Assembly (NCBI GenBank): GCA_023665725.1
Contig: JAMPDH010000001.1
Location: 3,567 to 67,566 of the forward strand
DNA from: Clostridium sp.
GTDB lineage: Bacteria; Bacillota_I; Bacilli_A; RF39; UBA660
DNA: 64,000 bases
Direction of reading: 5' to 3'
Of the stretch, positions 59,965 to 64,000 are shown in pieces. The stretch's first letter is position 1; each line of letters begins with the position of its first letter. Both the position numbers and the translations under genes were made by a program. The notes under the pieces were generated by a model, which was given only the letters and a program-made list of their open reading frames with translations, ran no database searches and was not told where the DNA came from.

Positions 59965-61566
59965 ATGAATGAGGTTTTAATTTTGATAAAAAACAATACT
60001 ATTATATTTTCAACATATACGAAAACAATAGAAAAACAAAATTTAAATAACACTAATATTATTAACAAAAAAAATTTAAAATTTTCTGAAGAATATATTA
60101 TCGGGAATATAGAATTAGTTTCTTCATTTTTCAATTTAGTTATTTTAAAATCAAATATAAATAGTGCTGTAATTAAAAATATAGAAATAGCAGAAACTAT
60201 TTTAACTTTATTGAAATATCTTCCAAAAATAACTAAGGTAGTTTTTACAGAAGATAAAGAATTAAATTATACATTATCATATTTATTGTTAGAAAATATC
60301 AATCTTATTAGTATTGAATGTTATAATTTACCAGAAATAATGTTTTACAAATTTCCTGAAAATATTGTACAAACAAGATGTGAGATACTATTTATAAGTG
60401 ATTTTATGTTATATAATAATATTAATACATATTCTAAGTTATGTAATAAAGATAAAATTATTATAGATAGTTATTTAACTAGATATGATATTGATGATAT
60501 AATTTATTTCTTCAAAAAAAACACTAATTTAAAAAAAATAACAATAAAAGGTTATAAAAGAAATAACTTATTATCTTTTTTAAATATGTTACAAAGAAAC
60601 AATCATAAAAATGTAACAATAATAATTTGCGAAGATTTTAATACAACAAATCAAATAATCTCAGATATTCCTTTATTTACTAGATTAAATAAAAAGTATA
60701 AAGTTAATATAAAAGTTAAATACTCAAAAGAATACAAAGAAAAAAATGGTATGAAAGAATTAAATATTATTTTAGTAAGAAATATTATTTTAATTATTAT
60801 TATATTAGTTATAGTTATAGTATGTTTATTTAATATAAAAGAAACAAAGGATAATCAAAATATAAATGTTAATTTATCAATAATAGAATCTGCTATTGAA
60901 GAAGTTAAAGATTTGCCGCAAATAGATACTTTTAACGTAGAAACAAATGAGCAAGGTTATGAAGAACATAATTCATATAATAGTCCTTATTATACGAACT
61001 ATGAATCAACATATAATAAGTTATTAGAACTAAATAGTGATACAATAGGATGGTTACAAGTTAAAAATACAAAAATTAATTATCCAGTTGTACAAGCAGA
61101 TAATAACGATTATTATTTAAATCATGCTTTTGACAAAACAAAAAATGGAGCAGGTTGGGTATTTGTTGATTACAGAAATAATATGGATACTATAAGCAAA
61201 AATACAATAATATATGCTCACAACATAAAAAAGAATAATTTAATGTTTGGCTCATTAAAAAATGTTTTGGACGATAATTGGAATTCTAATTCTGATAATT
61301 TAAAAATCAATTTTAATATAAAAGGTACTACATATTATTGGCAAATATTTTCTATATATACAATAGATGTAACAAGCGATTACTTAGTAACAGATTTTAA
61401 AAATAATAGTTCATTTAAACAATATATTGAAAAAATTGTTAAACGAAGTATAAAAGATTTTAATGTTAAAATTGGAGAAGAAGATAAAATTTTAACACTA
61501 TCAACTTGTTATAATGACTTAAATTATAGATTGGTAGTGCATGCAAAAATGATAGGAGAAAATTAA
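59965..61566 (+). CDS. Class B sortase with an unusual about 280-aa N-terminal leucine-rich-repeat-like cytoplasmic domain
   Basis: C-terminal domain has SrtB-like motifs (GWLQVKNTKINYPVVQ, IYAHN, LTLSTCY...R); one TM before it; GGAGG SD before the ATG at 59965. Confidence 0.6.
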   Translation: MNEVLILIKNNTIIFSTYTKTIEKQNLNNTNIINKKNLKFSEEYIIGNIELVSSFFNLVILKSNINSAVIKNIEIAETILTLLKYLPKITKVVFTEDKELNYTLSYLLLENINLISIECYNLPEIMFYKFPENIVQTRCEILFISDFMLYNNINTYSKLCNKDKIIIDSYLTRYDIDDIIYFFKKNTNLKKITIKGYKRNNLLSFLNMLQRNNHKNVTIIICEDFNTTNQIISDIPLFTRLNKKYKVNIKVKYSKEYKEKNGMKELNIILVRNIILIIIILVIVIVCLFNIKETKDNQNINVNLSIIESAIEEVKDLPQIDTFNVETNEQGYEEHNSYNSPYYTNYESTYNKLLELNSDTIGWLQVKNTKINYPVVQADNNDYYLNHAFDKTKNGAGWVFVDYRNNMDTISKNTIIYAHNIKKNNLMFGSLKNVLDDNWNSNSDNLKINFNIKGTTYYWQIFSIYTIDVTSDYLVTDFKNNSSFKQYIEKIVKRSIKDFNVKIGEEDKILTLSTCYNDLNYRLVVHAKMIGEN

Positions 61567-61567
61567 A

Positions 61568-62398
61568 ATGAGATGTCCAAATTGTAATAGTGAAATTGAA
61601 TACGGGATACAAACCTGTCCATATTGTAATAATATATTATTCCAAGGCCAAACAGATGAAAATATACAACAAATAGATCATGTAGTACAAAAAATCAAAA
61701 AAACATTAGTAATAATAAGTAAGGTAAATAAAATACTAGTAATTGGAGGAGCTATTACAATTTTTGTAGTACTTTTAATTGCTAAAGCTCTTTCTTATCC
61801 TGGAATTTTTAATTTTACTGCAATTTTAAATATTGTAGATATAGTTTTAAAAACTATGCTTGGAGTAGGTATTATATGTTTTATTATTTTCTTAATACTA
61901 TTTATAGTGAAAAAAAGAGTAAAAATAGTAAAAAAATTTGGATGTATATCATTAATTTTTATCATTGTACCTTTACTTACAAAATCAGTGATTAAAATAA
62001 ATGGTGATTTTTCATTAAAGGATTATTCTAAAGCAGAGTATATTGAATTGGGGGCAGAACAAATACCATCAATTTATTCAGTTGTTGGTAAAAGAAAAGT
62101 TTTAATAAATTATAGCAAAAATGATAAATTAGAGGAAAATTTGGATATTATTATAGATGTTATTGGAATTATATATCTAGATTTATCTAATGATGATAAA
62201 GTGAAATATAATGAAGCATTAATAGATTATGGATTTTCTGAAGAAACTATATATAATCCCGATGAAAACGAATACCAAAAAATGTTAGTAAAAAATGGCA
62301 TAAAAGATAATTCCTTTTATGTAGTTGTTATTGATGGATTATCAATTACATATTCAAAAGGCGACGGTATGTATCAAAATGTATTACAAATGTATTAG
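61568..62398 (+). CDS. Zinc-ribbon (CPNC...CPYC) membrane protein, hypothetical
   Basis: N-terminal double CxxC, 3 TM, C-terminal soluble domain; starts 2 nt after the sortase stop. Confidence 0.5.
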   Translation: MRCPNCNSEIEYGIQTCPYCNNILFQGQTDENIQQIDHVVQKIKKTLVIISKVNKILVIGGAITIFVVLLIAKALSYPGIFNFTAILNIVDIVLKTMLGVGIICFIIFLILFIVKKRVKIVKKFGCISLIFIIVPLLTKSVIKINGDFSLKDYSKAEYIELGAEQIPSIYSVVGKRKVLINYSKNDKLEENLDIIIDVIGIIYLDLSNDDKVKYNEALIDYGFSEETIYNPDENEYQKMLVKNGIKDNSFYVVVIDGLSITYSKGDGMYQNVLQMY

Positions 62399-62469
62399 AA
62401 AAAAGTAATAATTCTATTTGAAAATTTAAATTGTTTTAAATATTAATTATAATAGAGGAGGATATAAAA

Positions 62470-62889
62470 ATGAAAAAATTATTAGGAATATTTATTTCTG
62501 CAATTACAATATTTACACTTACAGGATGTGGTGAAAAAGGGGAAACTGTAACTTGTACTCAAAAAGAAGATGGAACTTCTGAAACATATACAGTAACATT
62601 TGAAAATGATAAAATTACAAAAGCTGTTATAGAATCAAAACAAACTGATTTATCAGGGGATGAGCTTGAAATGGCATATCAAATGGTTAAATTTTCAAAA
62701 TCATTACTTTCAGGAAAAGAAGGAATTAAAGTTACTACCTCTAAAGGAAATGATTCTGTATCGGCTAAAATGGAAATAGATTATACAAAACTTAGTGACG
62801 ATATGAAATCATCTTTAGAGATAGATGCTAATTCATCTAAAAAAGAATTTATTGATTCAATGACAGAGGAAGGCTACACTTGTAAATAG
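62470..62889 (+). CDS. YehR-like lipoprotein (DUF1307)
   Basis: lipobox LTGC; DUF1307-like TCT...TVTFEND pattern. Confidence 0.55.
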   Translation: MKKLLGIFISAITIFTLTGCGEKGETVTCTQKEDGTSETYTVTFENDKITKAVIESKQTDLSGDELEMAYQMVKFSKSLLSGKEGIKVTTSKGNDSVSAKMEIDYTKLSDDMKSSLEIDANSSKKEFIDSMTEEGYTCK

Positions 62890-62975
62890 TTAAAATAAAA
62901 AAGGGTAAAATTATGTAAATTTGCCTTTTTTTTTGAAAAAAACTTTTTTTTTTTGACAAAATAAGATATACTATA
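62889..62975. repeat. Intergenic repeat copy B
   Basis: matches 58417-58480 and contains extra T9/A7/T10 tracts. Confidence 0.7.
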
Positions 62976-63019
62976 TTTAACATAGGAAGTATGTATATAT
63001 TTATGAAGGGAAAGATAAA

Positions 63020-63652
63020 GTGAAGAAGATAATTTTTACTGTTTTAATTTTATTGTTTCCAATTATGGTAAATGCTACATGTGATAAACATGAAATATCT
63101 AGATTAAAAGCATTAGCGTCTCAAATAAATATGACTTATGATTATGTTGAAAAAGATGGTAAAGTTACTTTTTCAGTTACACTCCATAATGTGAATAAAG
63201 CATTAAAAATTGTAGATAATAGAACAAGAAAGGAATATAATTCAGATCAGGAATTTTATGAAGTTACTTTAGAAGGTTTTATTTACGGTGGAACATATTC
63301 TTTTAATGTTTTATCTAATCAAAAGGATTGTTTAAATAAAAGTTTATTTATAAAATATTATGAAATACCATATTATAATAGATTTTACAATGACCCTTTA
63401 TGTGTTTTAAATAGTTCAAAGCAGATATGCCAAAAATGGGTTGATACTTCAACTTTAAGTTATAATGACTTTAAAAAAGCTTTAACTAATGATAAACAAG
63501 AACAAAAAGAACAACAAGAAGAATCTGATTATAATAAAATAATGGATTTTTTTGGTAAGTATTATTATATATTTTTAACCGGGATAATACTTATTGCTTT
63601 AATAACTATATTCATTATTAATAAAAGAAATAGTTATAATTTTGATATATAA
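63020..63652 (+). CDS. Hypothetical secreted protein with C-terminal TM anchor
   Basis: signal peptide, Cys-containing ectodomain, C-terminal TM; no family recognised. Confidence 0.5.
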   Translation: MKKIIFTVLILLFPIMVNATCDKHEISRLKALASQINMTYDYVEKDGKVTFSVTLHNVNKALKIVDNRTRKEYNSDQEFYEVTLEGFIYGGTYSFNVLSNQKDCLNKSLFIKYYEIPYYNRFYNDPLCVLNSSKQICQKWVDTSTLSYNDFKKALTNDKQEQKEQQEESDYNKIMDFFGKYYYIFLTGIILIALITIFIINKRNSYNFDI

Positions 63653-63669
63653 TCAATGAGGTGATGTAC

Positions 63670-64000
63670 ATGAAAAAAAGAATTGTTTTAAGTGCCATAG
63701 TATTAGCTTTAACTATGATATTACCTATTAATGATACATATGCAAGTAATGTTGATTTTACTGGAGATAGTGCTAGTGAACCACTTCCAAATAGCTGTGC
63801 GTATGACTTCACTGGGCATTCTGTATGTATTAATGAAGCAATCGGTTTTAGAATTACGTTTGTTGATAAAAAAGGAACTCAATTAGGCAGAATTGTTAAT
63901 TATGTAAGAAACAATTTTGATGTTGAAACTGTAAATTATCGTATTGAGTGGCAGGATATTAGCTTTCTTAAAAATTTACCATACTATGAGGCAAATGGCA
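63670..64000 (+). CDS. Hypothetical secreted protein (5' part; runs off the window end)
   Basis: GAGGTG SD; signal peptide MKKRIVLSAIVLALTMILP. Confidence 0.5.
   Translation, partial: MKKRIVLSAIVLALTMILPINDTYASNVDFTGDSASEPLPNSCAYDFTGHSVCINEAIGFRITFVDKKGTQLGRIVNYVRNNFDVETVNYRIEWQDISFLKNLPYYEANG

Overview
Very AT-rich window of a low-GC Firmicutes (Clostridium-like) chromosome, inferred from codon usage, sporulation genes (spoIID, SpoVB-like flippase, CotH/CotS/ExsY-like coat genes), an agr quorum-sensing locus and two tRNA blocks. Core housekeeping genes: rpiB, alr, typA, ddl, truA, hpf, secA, trpS, a cold-shock csp and 12 tRNAs. Between them sits accessory material. Most notable is a putative serial-integration hotspot at the 3' end of secA. 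Three degenerate copies of the secA C-terminal coding end (zinc-finger tail), each followed by a conserved ~25-nt motif, partition about 10 kb into three islets. Islet 1 carries an HD hydrolase flanked by 25-bp direct repeats. Islet 2 carries a KilA-N/DinD-like gene flanked by 30-bp direct repeats. Islet 3 carries a TetR-controlled MacB-type ABC efflux pump plus GyrI-like, alpha/beta-hydrolase and DUF3267 genes. Second, a ~930-bp ORF-less insert between alr and a membrane-anchored thermonuclease is flanked by ~70-bp direct repeats that duplicate the nuclease 3' end. Inside it, two facing consensus sigma-A promoters converge on a bidirectional terminator; the minus transcript encodes a 17-aa hydrophobic peptide, giving a type I toxin-antitoxin-like architecture. 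Third, a sortase-B operon (NPETG surface protein plus a sortase with an unusual 280-aa N-terminal domain) has a TTGACA-N18-TATAAT promoter whose spacer is a G10 homopolymer, a candidate phase-variation switch. Other items: a complete agrBD plus LytTR/AgrC-like locus with a new AIP candidate, a degenerate ECF-type ATPase pair upstream of truA without EcfT, an orphan MvaI/BcnI-like PD-(D/E)xK nuclease beside the tRNA block, a CotH/VTC/DUF4956 triad, and repeated operator-like palindromes. No CRISPR array, rRNA or intact integrase or transposase was seen.
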